A stretch of DNA of 64,000 nt, taken from contig NC_042999.1 in NCBI RefSeq assembly GCF_006345805.1, positions 118,234,001 to 118,298,000 of the forward strand. The letters are read 5' to 3'. Shown here in pieces: positions 48,561-60,900 of the stretch. The notes under the pieces were generated by a model, which saw only the letters and a list, made by a program, of their open reading frames with translations, did no database searches and was not told the DNA's origin. The stretch's first letter is position 1. The number at the start of each line of letters is the position of its first letter. A program made the position numbers and the translations under genes. Source of the DNA: Octopus sinensis. Its lineage: Eukaryota.

Positions 48561-51107
48561 AGTTTGTTTACTATTCTCTATGAATTTTCATAATCTGCTT
48601 TCTATGAGTAATTTATTGTCAGAAAATGTATTTCTTTACTAATTTGTATCGACCTTCACTGGTAGCATTAGTTAAAGTTTTATGAATTAGGACATTTTAA
48701 CATTACTAATTGCACTTTTATATACATGTATCACTCTTTGATCCACTAACCAGTTTTACATTGCTGTCTGACCCTTGGGTGTATTTATTTATTTCTACTA
48801 CAAGCATTTTGGCCATTCTTCTAACAGATGATCTCATCCTCTTTTTTTTTTCTCCAAAAGTCTTGGAGTCCATGGGAAGTGTCATGGGTGCTACCCTTCC
48901 TCCTTCATAACAAGGATAAAATTATAGGATTACATAAAGAAAACAAGAAAACATGAAGTATATATGACATTGATTATCCAGTGGAGCAGAATAAATATGC
49001 GCACTAATTTGATTTTTATTTAGGAGTAAAAAGCAATGGTTATAGCAAGTTTGAACTCAAGAGCATATGGTAGCTTAGATCTCATGTTAAATGTACTGAA
49101 TATATACATGTGTATGTGTGTGTGTGTGTGCCTCTATAAGTATGTGTATATATATGTGTGTGTGTGGGCGGGTGTGTATGTGTGTGTGTGTACATACATA
49201 TATATATGTATGCATAAAATCAATGCTGTAGCAAAAATGGCAATGGGATTTCTTTCTATTCACAAGAAAGTGATTACTTTTATGTCAGTTAACTTCTGTT
49301 TATCATAACCTTTAACACCCTGGACAATCAATATCTTTCTTTAGACATTTTCTCTCTCACATTCTCACTCAATTTCTCTCCCTCTTTCTCTCTTTCCCTC
49401 TCTTGCTCACTCTCGAACACATAGATTTAATTTCTTTCTCTCTCTCCCTCTTTCTTTCTTTCTCTCCATTTCAAACTTACTCTTCTTAATTTTACATGTT
49501 TTGTCGCATCATGTAAAATTCATATTATCCCCTAAATTCACTGAATATTGGACAGTCTGCATATTTATTGACCAACCTGCTGATTTGCTAATAAAATTTG
49601 TATGTATATGCATGCACATACAACCACATATATCTTTCTAACTCTTAATTTTCATACATACTTTGTCCTTGTAACACCAAACTATAAGAAACAGTTGGAG
49701 GTGATGCTAAGATACGTACATATATTGCAGTTAGGACTTCCATCATTCTCCTAGTTGTTGTTGATATGGATAATTTATGAGGATTTCAATTCAATATCCT
49801 GGTAACTATATTTCAGCTTCCATATAGTCAGAATGCATATACTCTCCTGTTACATTATATAAAGGTGTGTCGATATCCAGAATCAGCTCCTAATAGTAAA
49901 TATGTGAGAAAAATTACGTAATACACTCTATATTACTGATTCTTAAAATGTGCACTGCAGCACACTAGTGTGGTGTGTTAATATAATTGTATTTAAAAAT
50001 GTAAAACTATAAAGAGCAACAAAGAGTGTGTTAAGGCCATTTTCTCTGCTACACAGAGGTAAGCTTTGCAGGGCTTATGAATATTTCTTTTCATTTTGCC
50101 ATAATCTCTGTATTCTGACCTCATGAACTCTGCAGCTCTTATTTCCTTCTCTGTCATCTTCAGCCATATCTTTTTCAGCCTTCTGTTTCCTTTACTTCCT
50201 TCACATTTGTTTCCATCATCCCTCTCCCCCAGTGATCTTCATCTTTCATCAGCAAATGACTCAGATATTTCATCCCATTTCTTTTTACAAAAGTCATTAC
50301 TGGCTCAATTTCTGTCAATCACTGCAATTCATTATTCACCTTCCTCTTTTACAGTAATAATCTGTTCATCCATTGAAACATTTTCTGTCATATACTTTCT
50401 GGCCTTTCTTACTTTTCAGTATGTGTATTAATCGTATCTTATTTCTATAAATCATAGCACTTTCCATACATGCAGCATTCACATTTGCCTTCAGTTTCAG
50501 CAATATTCCTCTCTGCATTATAAGAAAATAGAAACTATACACCGAATTTTAAAGTACAAATAAAGCAATGCTTCATTTATTGAGTAAAGACTAAGTACTT
50601 ACTAATTTTCAATGGTTTAACTCATTGGTTTAACTCATATTTAAAAACTTTAAAAAACTGCTTTGGAACATTGCTTCAACACATACATGCATTGTTTTTA
50701 AAAAAGTGTTATTTAAAAGTTTTACTAAGGAACATTGCTTAATCAGCAATGCAGTTCCTTAACTTCACTTGTATGGCATTTGAAAAAAACATGCACGCAT
50801 TGAACCATTTCAGACACAACTGGAATCATTTTAAGAGAGGTAACTCTGCCCCTCCATTTTTTTTTATTGTTTCAGGGTTTTTTCACCACAATACTTTATT
50901 TTTACCTTCATTAGTACAGAGCTTATTTATGTGCCTCTAACCAGCAGCTCTGGTGAACATTCTATATTACCAGTAGCTATGAAACCACTGGTATATTTCT
51001 AACCAGCCATAAACAAAGGATATACTGCATGACTACATAGTATATATAGAGAGCACACTCTAAGATGTACAGCAGTATATATTAATATATATAAATATAT
51101 ATATATG

Positions 51108-51152
<45 letters not shown>

Positions 51153-52459
51153 TGGTAAACTTTCAGACCCTAGTCTAGATTACGAATCCTCTGTACCCCA
51201 GGATGATTCAGCTCTCCACCTGTTAAAAGCCGCTGTTTATGGAATGAGGATAACAACGTAGCTTTCGAGCTTGTGCAACAGCCAGTCTATAGCATGTGGT
51301 GGGTGGATCTTCAAGTTGCTACACACGTTCTTAGTAGCTTAGAGTAGGATCGAATTAGAGATTATTCTTGTGGCTGATGGCGTTAGTCCTGATTGGAAGA
51401 ACAAGAAGCAACAGCAGCAACAACAATCTTTAATCAATCTTCTTAAAGATTTCCTGTCACTCTGGTTTTCTTTTTCTGGCACATATAACAGCATACATAT
51501 ATACACAATATTCATGTGTACATTTAGCAAAGAGGACAGACACAGACAAGCTGTGCGATTAACAAATTCCCTTTGCAACTATATGGCTTCTGGTTCAATC
51601 TCACTGTGCAGACAAGTGTCATCTATTGAAACTTCTGGTTGTCTGAGTGCTTTGTAAATAGAAGTTGCTTGATAGAATCGTTATGGAAGCCTACCCCTTA
51701 ATGTGTATTGATACAAATCAGTGTGTTTGGTTTTTTTTCTCCTTAGCAATTCAATAAATAGAAATTGATAAAAATTTGCACTTGTCTCAAATACATACAT
51801 GGTTCGATATGAAGACAAATGTCCTGACATGGTTGCAGATAAGAGACTGAAACCAACAAAAGAATAATGTACTTAATAATTTAATGACAATCTTACAAAA
51901 TGTGTGCAATATTTTTGTTTGCTTCCTGGCAGACTTCAGAAGACTGTTTGAGAATAAGTTGCTCTGACACTCACACTCTCTACTTCTCTCTCTCTCTCTC
52001 TCATTCTATCTCCCTTTTCGTCTGTCTTACACAGATACTTTCATATTTATGTGGGTAACTTGTTTCTCATGTATAGCAGGTGTATCAAGGTTAATCACTC
52101 ATTGATGGCTGGAGTTGATTAAGGAGAGTGAAAATAATTGACACTCTATAGTAGCATGCCTGCATGTAACAAGTATTGATTGTTGAAGTTGAGAAATTGA
52201 TTTTCACAGTCCATTAGTGCTACTCTCTACTTCTCTTGACTTTTCTTTTGGCAACCAATTATCAGAAAACATTGCCTTTCTCAGTTTCTTCAACATCTTA
52301 GTTTATATTTGATATGTTTTCAATGAAAATTATTCCATCAATCGTTTCTCATATTTCATTTAAAAATTTCAAAATAAAATTAACAAAGATTGAAACTGTT
52401 TTCACTGGCTGCTTCATGTCCAAACATATTCTGGTGAAAATTCAGTTAGGGTTACAATT

Positions 52460-52480
52460 CATAAATTGCTCATATTATCA

Positions 52481-52514
<34 letters not shown>

Positions 52515-52642
52515 CATTATTATTATTATTATCATTATTATTATCATTATTACTATTATTATTATTATTGTTGTTGTTATGATTATTATTATTATTATTA
52601 TTGTTATCATCATCATCATCGTTGTCGTAATTATTATTATCA
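52460..52642 (+). repeat. (ATT)n/(ATC)n microsatellite
   Basis: Direct reading. Source of the poly-Tyr ORF. Confidence 0.95.
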
Positions 52643-52889
52643 AGGTTTATTGATTTATTTTTAAGTATGAAACATATTTTCTTATTTTTTCTTTCTTCTT
52701 TTAATATTTATTGGTTGAAAATAGTGCTCTGATGAGATTGCATGAAATGAGTCAACAAATAAATATATTTTCTGATTTTATCGGATAGAATTTCTAGAAT
52801 TTTTTCCATTTGTTCATATTCCAATTTAAAGTATATTTCATGAACACATTGATAGATGTTCAATAATATTTATGTTCTAAATGCAATTG

Positions 52890-52935
<46 letters not shown>

Positions 52936-53289
52936 TATATATATATAAAGAATTCCTATATGACATTGAAAGATATTTTCTGTGCCTTGATTAAAAATGT
53001 TACTCTATCCTACTACATTTAATAAGATCAATAAATAATTAAATATAAAATGAAATACTTCTCTTCGTGCTGTTGTTGTTTAAGCACAGCTCTGTTCTCA
53101 TTGCACAGATTTTCGATCAATGGTCTTGTTGATTAGATCAGAACTGGTATGATTCAGCCACAACTAACCAGTGTTTTTTTTTTATTCCAGTCCAGTGTAT
53201 CTGAGGCACACATTCAACATGTTCTTTGTGCCTTTTTAAGATGGCAGTGTGTGATGTTGTGGTTTCTTCCTTCTTGAGTCATGCCTAGC

Positions 53290-53563
53290 TCATAAGTGCT
53301 GGTTTCCCAGTTTTCTTGGCATAGAAGTTTCCCACCTGGACGGGACGCCAGTCCATCGCAGGGGAGCTGCAAGATGCAGGTGGAAAGAGTGAGAGAAAGT
53401 GGTGGTGAAAGAGTCAGCAGAAGTTCGCCATTACCTTCTGCTGGAGCTGCGTGGAGCTTAGGTGTTTTGCTCATAAACACACACATCACCCGGTCTGAGA
53501 TTCCAACCTGCGATCCCTCGACTGCGTGTCTGCTGCTCTAACCATTAGGCCATGTGTCTCCAC
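53290..53563 (-). mobile_element. SINE family D, reverse
   Basis: Reverse complement of 2081-2250, e.g. gagcttaggtgttttgctcataaacac and ggtctgagattccaacc. Confidence 0.75.
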
Positions 53564-53699
53564 TAGTGTGTGATGTGCGAAAGATTAAGTTGCTATTTCA
53601 AACAACCATGTAAAGATGCCTCTTTGATTTATTCTACACATTATATGTAAAGCATTTTATGGAGAAATTACTATGAGTTTCTGTTTCTTGTAAGGAAGG

Positions 53700-54120
53700 G
53701 TAAGTTGGCTAATTTTCATGCCAAATTCACAGTTCTCAGACACAATCAATACTTTTCTTAGTGGTGGCAGTTACAGGATGTCCATCTTCAAGACTATCCC
53801 TTTCCCCATAAATTCAGCTGTCCACTTTTGTACTGTTGATAAAGCTGGACCATAATCTCCTAATGTAGTAAACATGTAGCATTAATGTCCTTGGTGGCTA
53901 AACCGTTTTTTTCTGCAGGTACTTGATAGCAGCATGATGCCAAATTTTGTCAATTGCTACTAGTTAATTTTGAAGTCGTTTTGAGCAATCAGGTGTCAGT
54001 TTACCTATAAAGAAACAATGCCCTTATTAATAAGAGTTGAAATTAATGCATGCAAGATTTCACAACTCTAGCATCACTCCTTCATAGCTGAAGAATTTTT
54101 CAGCCTGCTATTATAAGTTT
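53700..54120 (-). pseudogene. Decayed RTE-like LINE C-terminus
   Basis: Minus ALFLYR*TDT*LLKT resembles SVLLYGSETWTLTK. Heavily degraded. Confidence 0.3.
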
Positions 54121-55784
54121 GTATACCTATATATATACATTCAATAAAATATGCACAATGATATACATACACTCTCATTTACATGTAGGTAATTTTAGAT
54201 TTTGCTTTGGATATGATTACAAAATAAGTGTGCTTTTTTCCAATTTTTGAACAACAAATTTTGACTTACAACAGTCATATCTCTAATCTTTATTGCAATT
54301 TCTTCTTACATGGCATTCATGATTTTTAGATGTTGGATTTAATATTAGATGAAAGATCTTCATGAAATATTTTGTGTTTTCATATCAAGGAAACAAAGTA
54401 GCAGCAACAGCCTTTTTTTTATTTATTTTCATACTATTTTTATTTAATGTTGTTTTTCCTTCTATATAAATCATATGACTATGACAGACTATACTATATC
54501 TTAGTAGTACCTTGATATTGACTCACAAACTACAGTAAATGATGATCACTAATTATTTTTCTTCTTAAGTTACTTTCAACTTGCCTTTGAATTTGATAAT
54601 AGACTTTAAAACAAATTACGAGAATTTTACTTTAACTTCAAATATGTGAGAATACACAACATAATTGCAATAAGGTGATTGTTATAGTTATAGACAAAAT
54701 AATAAGTATCACTTCTTGTAGTCTAATACTGTTTAGTTTGCTATGTAGCTTTTTGCTGGTATTTGAATGCTTTTCTCTAATTGGTTTCTATTTAAAATAT
54801 AAGCCTGTCTTATTAATGCTTAACTTCAACATTTCCAGTTTCATCTAACTGTAGCTGAAATATGTAATTACGATAATTATAAAAGTAAGCAAGTGACTTT
54901 GCAGTTGATTAAATCAATAGGGTAATAATGTTTGATCTGAGAGTAACTAAATCTAGTAATAACAGAGTACACAGTTGTTGATGGAGTCCTTTGTGACCGA
55001 CTAGGAAAATGTCCACAGTTATTTCATCTCAATACAGAGACATTAAGCAATAGGTAATGTCTTCAGTTTGTAAAGAAAAGATAAGGGATGAAACTGATAT
55101 GTTATAATGTAGACCCACGAACACTTGAAATGAGCTTTCAGTTCATGTAGTAAACATACCAGTCTGCCATCACCATCATTGCCACTGTTACCACCACCAT
55201 CATCATAGTCATCATTGTCGCCATTGCCATTGTTGCCATCATTGTCATCGTTGACATCATCATTTTCACAACTACTAATCAAAGTTCTAGGTAGCATGAG
55301 TTGGTTAGTTCCTCCATATTGTAAATTACAATTTGTTTTAGCCACAAGGCATACTTCTTCAAAGGAGCTGAATTAAGCTAATGGCATTCTTTTCTGTATA
55401 TTTCTGATACTTATTTCATCAATCCTAGAATTTATGAGAAACCAAAAGAACCCTGTCAACATTTGCAGTTATACAATACAGAAATGAAAGTAAATGGTTA
55501 CGATAATAAATATTATATATAACCAATATAATACTACATAAATAAATGCAAATATATTTATTCATCTATGTACATGCATGTATACAGACAGCAAGCTATG
55601 CAATAGAGTACACATGCCAACATGTCTCTAGAGAGAAGAAAATTCAATATTGGAACAAAATAATTATCCTATTACTAACATTGTTTTGAGTATATAATAT
55701 TGTTTTACTTTCATGAGTAAGAAAATATTAAACAATAATTATTTTGGCAATAAAAGTTTCATATAATATAAGGGCATTTCTTTT

Positions 55785-56022
55785 TTTTTGCTTCAGTCAT
55801 TTGACTGTGGCTATGCTGGAGCACCACCTTTAGTTGAGCAAATCGACCCCAGGGTTTATTCTTTGTAAGCCTAGTACTTATTCTATCAGTCTCCTTTGCC
55901 AAACTGCTAAGTTACGGGGACATAAACACACCAGCATCAGTTGTCAAGTGATGTTGGGGGGGACAAACACAGAGACACAAACATATACATACACATACAT
56001 ATATATATATAATATATATATA

Positions 56023-56081
<59 letters not shown>

Positions 56082-56243
56082 CGATGGGCTTTTTTCAGTT
56101 TCTGTCAACCAAATCCACTCACAAGGTTTTGGTCAGCTCGAGGCTATAGTAGAAGACACTTGCCCAAGGTGCCACGCAGTGGGACTGAACCCGTAACCAT
56201 GTGGTTGGTAAGTAAGCTACTTACCTCACAGCCACTCCTGCAC
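55785..56243 (-). mobile_element. SINE family A, near complete
   Basis: Head (minus: gcaggagtggctgtgaggtaag) to tail, with internal (TA)n at about 55980-56080. Confidence 0.9.
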
Positions 56244-57274
56244 CAGGAAATCAGGAATGAATTCGATTAAATCCAAGTCCAGATACTTGTAGTTCTAATT
56301 TTATGGACCCTCAAGGGAAAGAAAGTGAAAAGACAAGTCTGATTAATATTTGAACTTAGAACCCAGCACTTTAACATATTTGTCATTTCTGCAAAATATA
56401 TTTCTTCAGTATCATTACCTTTGTTGTTGTCTTTATCGTCACTGCAAGTGATGTTGTTGTTGCTCTCATAGTTCTTGTTGTCATTGTCATTATCATCGTC
56501 GTCATAGTCATTGTCGTCATCGTCATCATCATCATCATCATTATCAGTTGAAAATTTTAATATGTTAGTTATTTCTTATTGCACTCTATAAATGTTCAGT
56601 TTTTTTTTTTTTGTTCCTTTCTTTCTCAAAAGGATTGAGATATTATTTCAGAATAAGAGCTATTTTTCATTCTTGAAAGGAATGACATGATGCATTTATG
56701 TCTAATCTTTCTTATGACATATACTTGTGAAAACTTGGAAGTACAAGAAACCCTCACTTTACAGAAGTAATGATATTTTTCTAAATCATTAACTGTATAC
56801 TTTGATAAATGCAAGTGACCATTGAGCAACAAAGAAAGTGTAGTATTAAATTGTTTACAATGTAAAACGATGCTATACAGGTTTCTCTAAGAGTGAAATT
56901 ACAGACTGTATCCCAAAATTAATGGTCATACTTTACAAATTCAGTAAACATCAAATCTTGTAACCTGAGGTAGCTGTAACGTGGGGGATGCCTATAGTTT
57001 GTTTGGAATTTATAAAAATCTTTTGAATTACATTTTTATTCTATTGAAGTAAAATACTTGTGCTTTTCATAAATGTAAAACATTGTATGAAGTAAAATGT
57101 CATTAAAAATATATGTAGCCTTCAATTTTACATCACCTTTATAATGTCATCTAGACTTTCAGATGAGAGTGTAACTTAATATAAGGAGATTGAAGTTATA
57201 AAATAATGTAACAAGAAATGGAAATGTTACGTAAATAAGGAAAAACTAACTTCATCATTTACCTGCCAGTAATC

Positions 57275-57279
57275 TTACA

Positions 57280-57313
<34 letters not shown>

Positions 57314-57387
57314 ATATATATATATATATATATATGTATGTATATATATATATATATATGTATGTATATATATATATAATATGTATG

Positions 57388-57422
<35 letters not shown>

Positions 57423-57423
57423 G

Positions 57424-57454
<31 letters not shown>

Positions 57455-57525
57455 TATATATATATATATACATACATATATATATATATATATATATGTA
57501 TGTATATATATAATATATATATATG

Positions 57526-57556
<31 letters not shown>

Positions 57557-57559
57557 CTG

Positions 57560-57597
<38 letters not shown>
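57275..57597 (+). repeat. Long (TA)n/(TATG)n array, about 320 bp
   Basis: Direct reading. Abuts the tail of SINE family A at 57597. Confidence 0.97.
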
Positions 57598-57598
<1 letters not shown>

Positions 57599-57938
57599 TC
57601 TTTTACTTGTTTCAGTCATTTGACTGTGGCCATGCTTAAGCACCGTCTTTAGTTGAGCAAACTGACCCCAAGACTTACTCTTTGTAAGCCCAGCACTTAT
57701 TCTATCATTATCTTTTGCTGAACCGCTAAGATAAGGGGACGTAAACACGACAAGCGATGTTGGGGGAGACAAACACAGACACAAACACACATCTACATAG
57801 GCATGTATACGATGGGCTTCTTTCAGTTTCCGTCTACCAAATCCACTCACTGAGGCTATAGTAGAAGACACTTGCCCAAGGTGCCACGCAGTGTGACTGA
57901 ATCTGGAACGATGTGGTTGGTAAGCAAGCTACTTACCA
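57597..57938 (-). mobile_element. SINE family A
   Basis: ctcttttacttgtttcagtcatttgactg...gccacgcagtgtgactgaa..tggtaagcaagctacttacca. Confidence 0.88.
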
Positions 57939-60900
57939 AACTTACATATTCAACTGATGTTGAAATGATAATACAGCTCTTTTATATATATGTTTTATTT
58001 TTTAAAGCACTATGTGGAAATATACATAAGTGAATATTAGCTTTTTCAATGGACATTTTGGACTAAAGAGCTAGTATAACTGTTAATAACAATAGTTTGT
58101 TATAGGCAATTTTTCCAAAGGAACTGGTATCTAGTCTTGGTAGTGCTGTCTCAAGATACAGTGAAATTTGTAGTACTGTTTGCTAGTATATACAAATATG
58201 TTGCCTCTGTGAGTGTGTGTGCACATGTGTGTAGTGGCTAAATTGTTTGACTGCTCTATGAACTGAATATTTTTTCATCACTGATGAAGACATAAGAAAT
58301 AGTAGAAACACATGTTTGAGGTTAAATTGATACTTCAATATTAATGTTTGTTTTCCTGTGTATTTTGTATTTATTTTCTTATATATCAGATTGCATTACT
58401 ATTATGGCTTTGCATTCATGGGTAGAATCCTTTGTTCCAATAAAAAAAATATACTGAGAATTATTGATGCATGTATGTATACAAATAGATACATAAACAC
58501 ACAATCACTCACACAAATATTTGTACACTCATAGATTATCTTATCTGTCATTACTTAAAGTTATGCAAGATCTCTTTTTATTATACACATTGCTAGATTT
58601 TCATCTTGTGCTTTCGAAGATGTATACAAAACATGAAAAGTCATCTTTGTTCTTGTAATTTATACAGGCCTAAATGGGAATAGACCTTTATAAGAATTTC
58701 TGTTTTTGAATAGTGAATAAAATTTCACCAAATGTATTAATAAGCATTATTGATTTAAAAAGAAATTTACTTGATTAGTTTTAAATAGATTTAAATCATG
58801 TTTATTATCAGATGGATGCTTGAAGTAATTGAGTCGATAAAGTATTAAACTATTTGTCAAAAATTAATCAGGTTGTGTCATGCCACACGAGTAGTACTAT
58901 ATTCAGGGCCATAACATTGAGTGACCTTGTTTAATAAGGTGTTGCAGGATGCTGCTCATTTTTATTAGAGTCCAGGGAAAGAACAATACTCATGACCTTT
59001 CTCAGAGCCCTTGAGATTGATGGAATAAATAAATAAATAAAACTCTTGTGTTGTCCTTAATTTGGTGATGTGGTCTAAATACTTGCAATAGAGTGGAATA
59101 CAACAAATGAATCCCCATAGCGTGTGAGGTATTAAAGTGGGCAATGGATCAAATATACCATACAAGAGTAGGCACAGTTCATCAGGTGACCTTCTACAGG
59201 GTTTCTCTTTATTCAGTTTTACTTAAAAAGTTTGGTACAATCTAAGATATTGTGACAGACACTTAGACAAAGTTGCATGCAATGGGTTTGAACTCAGAAA
59301 AGCAGATTACAAAGTGAGCATTTTAACCACAAGGTCATGCATAGATCTAAATCACAATTGTATAGATGTAAAACAAACATGTTTTGCGTTCTGATGCTCT
59401 TTCATTAAAATGAACATCAGGATGTGGAGAATCTAACAGTCTCTCTTATCCTTTTATGGATCATCACGTGAAGACCATCTTCAATGGTTCTTTAACAATC
59501 CAGTGTGCAACAGAGCATTAGGGTAACAACTAATACATGACATTGAGATTTCGTCCTGTTTTGTCAACAACATAAAGACATACAACTATGTTGTAGCTCT
59601 TCAGAAAGCTTTAGAATTTTTAAAGACAATTAATCAAATATATATTATGTGTATTTGTATATCTAATATACATTGAAAAGAAGAACTACTCTCAGACCTT
59701 AAATCAAAGGGTTCAATACTGATATTACATAGGACATGCAACTAGACTAACTTTTATACCCCTTTAACGATAGGAATAGAAGAATCTGCAAGTCAATATA
59801 AAGTACTTACCAATTTAACTGTGAGTTCACTGCATATGTTACTTCTTTGTTTGGTCATCCAGTACACTGATGGCAGCTCAACATAGTTAATATTAAGTAG
59901 AAAACAACACTCATAAACAATATCATCATGTTTAACAAAAGACTAAAGACTACTACAAGAAAGATACAACCAATGGTAACTGTTGGTGATATTGACTGCT
60001 TCTTATGGAGATTGTGGCATAATCATTTTATACGTAACCTTTTTAATAATAGCATTAAATTGGTGTTGTACATTTGTGATATAGAATACTATAAGTATTG
60101 AATACAAGGCAATTCAAAAGAATTGTGTTTGATATCAAAGAATTATGTGTGCCAACCAAAATATAACTAATGTTGTATGTAAAGTATTAAAGTATGGATT
60201 ATCCATTAAGCACATTTAACAATTGATTATCTGTTCAAGATACTGAACAATGGATAGAATGAACAAATTGTAAGAAAATGGTATTATGAAATAACAAGTT
60301 TCTTATTCACACATTCAAAGTATATGAAAAACCTTGGTTAAAGTGGCTATTCACAAAGAATCTCTAATATCAGAAACTAATAAAGAATCTTGATAATCGA
60401 TGTTAACTCAACAAGTTTTTATTCAATAATGCAAGATGAGGATGTATCCCCCTTGTATCAACTGCTTTGAGTTCCCATGAGTAGTTAATCTTTTACAAAC
60501 ATCATGTACTAATATAAACTATTCTATGGAACCAAAGGAAAGTTGAAAATATCTATAGAATCCAGTCTCAAAAGAGTGTCCATGGTATTTTGTCACATGA
60601 GTTAGAAGGAAAATACAAAGAAATAACATAATGTGAGAAAATCATGTGTTTTATGATAATACTTCATTTGAATGTGTAATATTTATTGATATTAGTCATA
60701 AATGAATGTTACATTTATAACAGCTTAACATATTCACCAGATGTATTATTTCACAACATGAACAAAAAAGAAAAGTGTAAATTTTTAAAATCTGAATTAA
60801 TAAAAGATATGTAGTGTTGATGAAAGAAACACTTTGCAGTCCCTTTTAAGGAAAGGATATATGTACAACAATCGGAGGATGTGAATTTTTTTTTTTACTT

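Noticed and set aside
16806-57235. TTACGTAA palindromes (PAR-bZIP-like) near 16808, 49915 and 57227
   Set aside because: Three 8-mers in 64 kb of AT-rich DNA, with no conservation data, cannot be distinguished from chance.
42614-57871. ORFs rich in Y/I, H/T, C/V or poly-Y/poly-D (e.g. 42614-43057, 52314-52664, 55043-55345, 57275-57871)
   Set aside because: Microsatellite translations.
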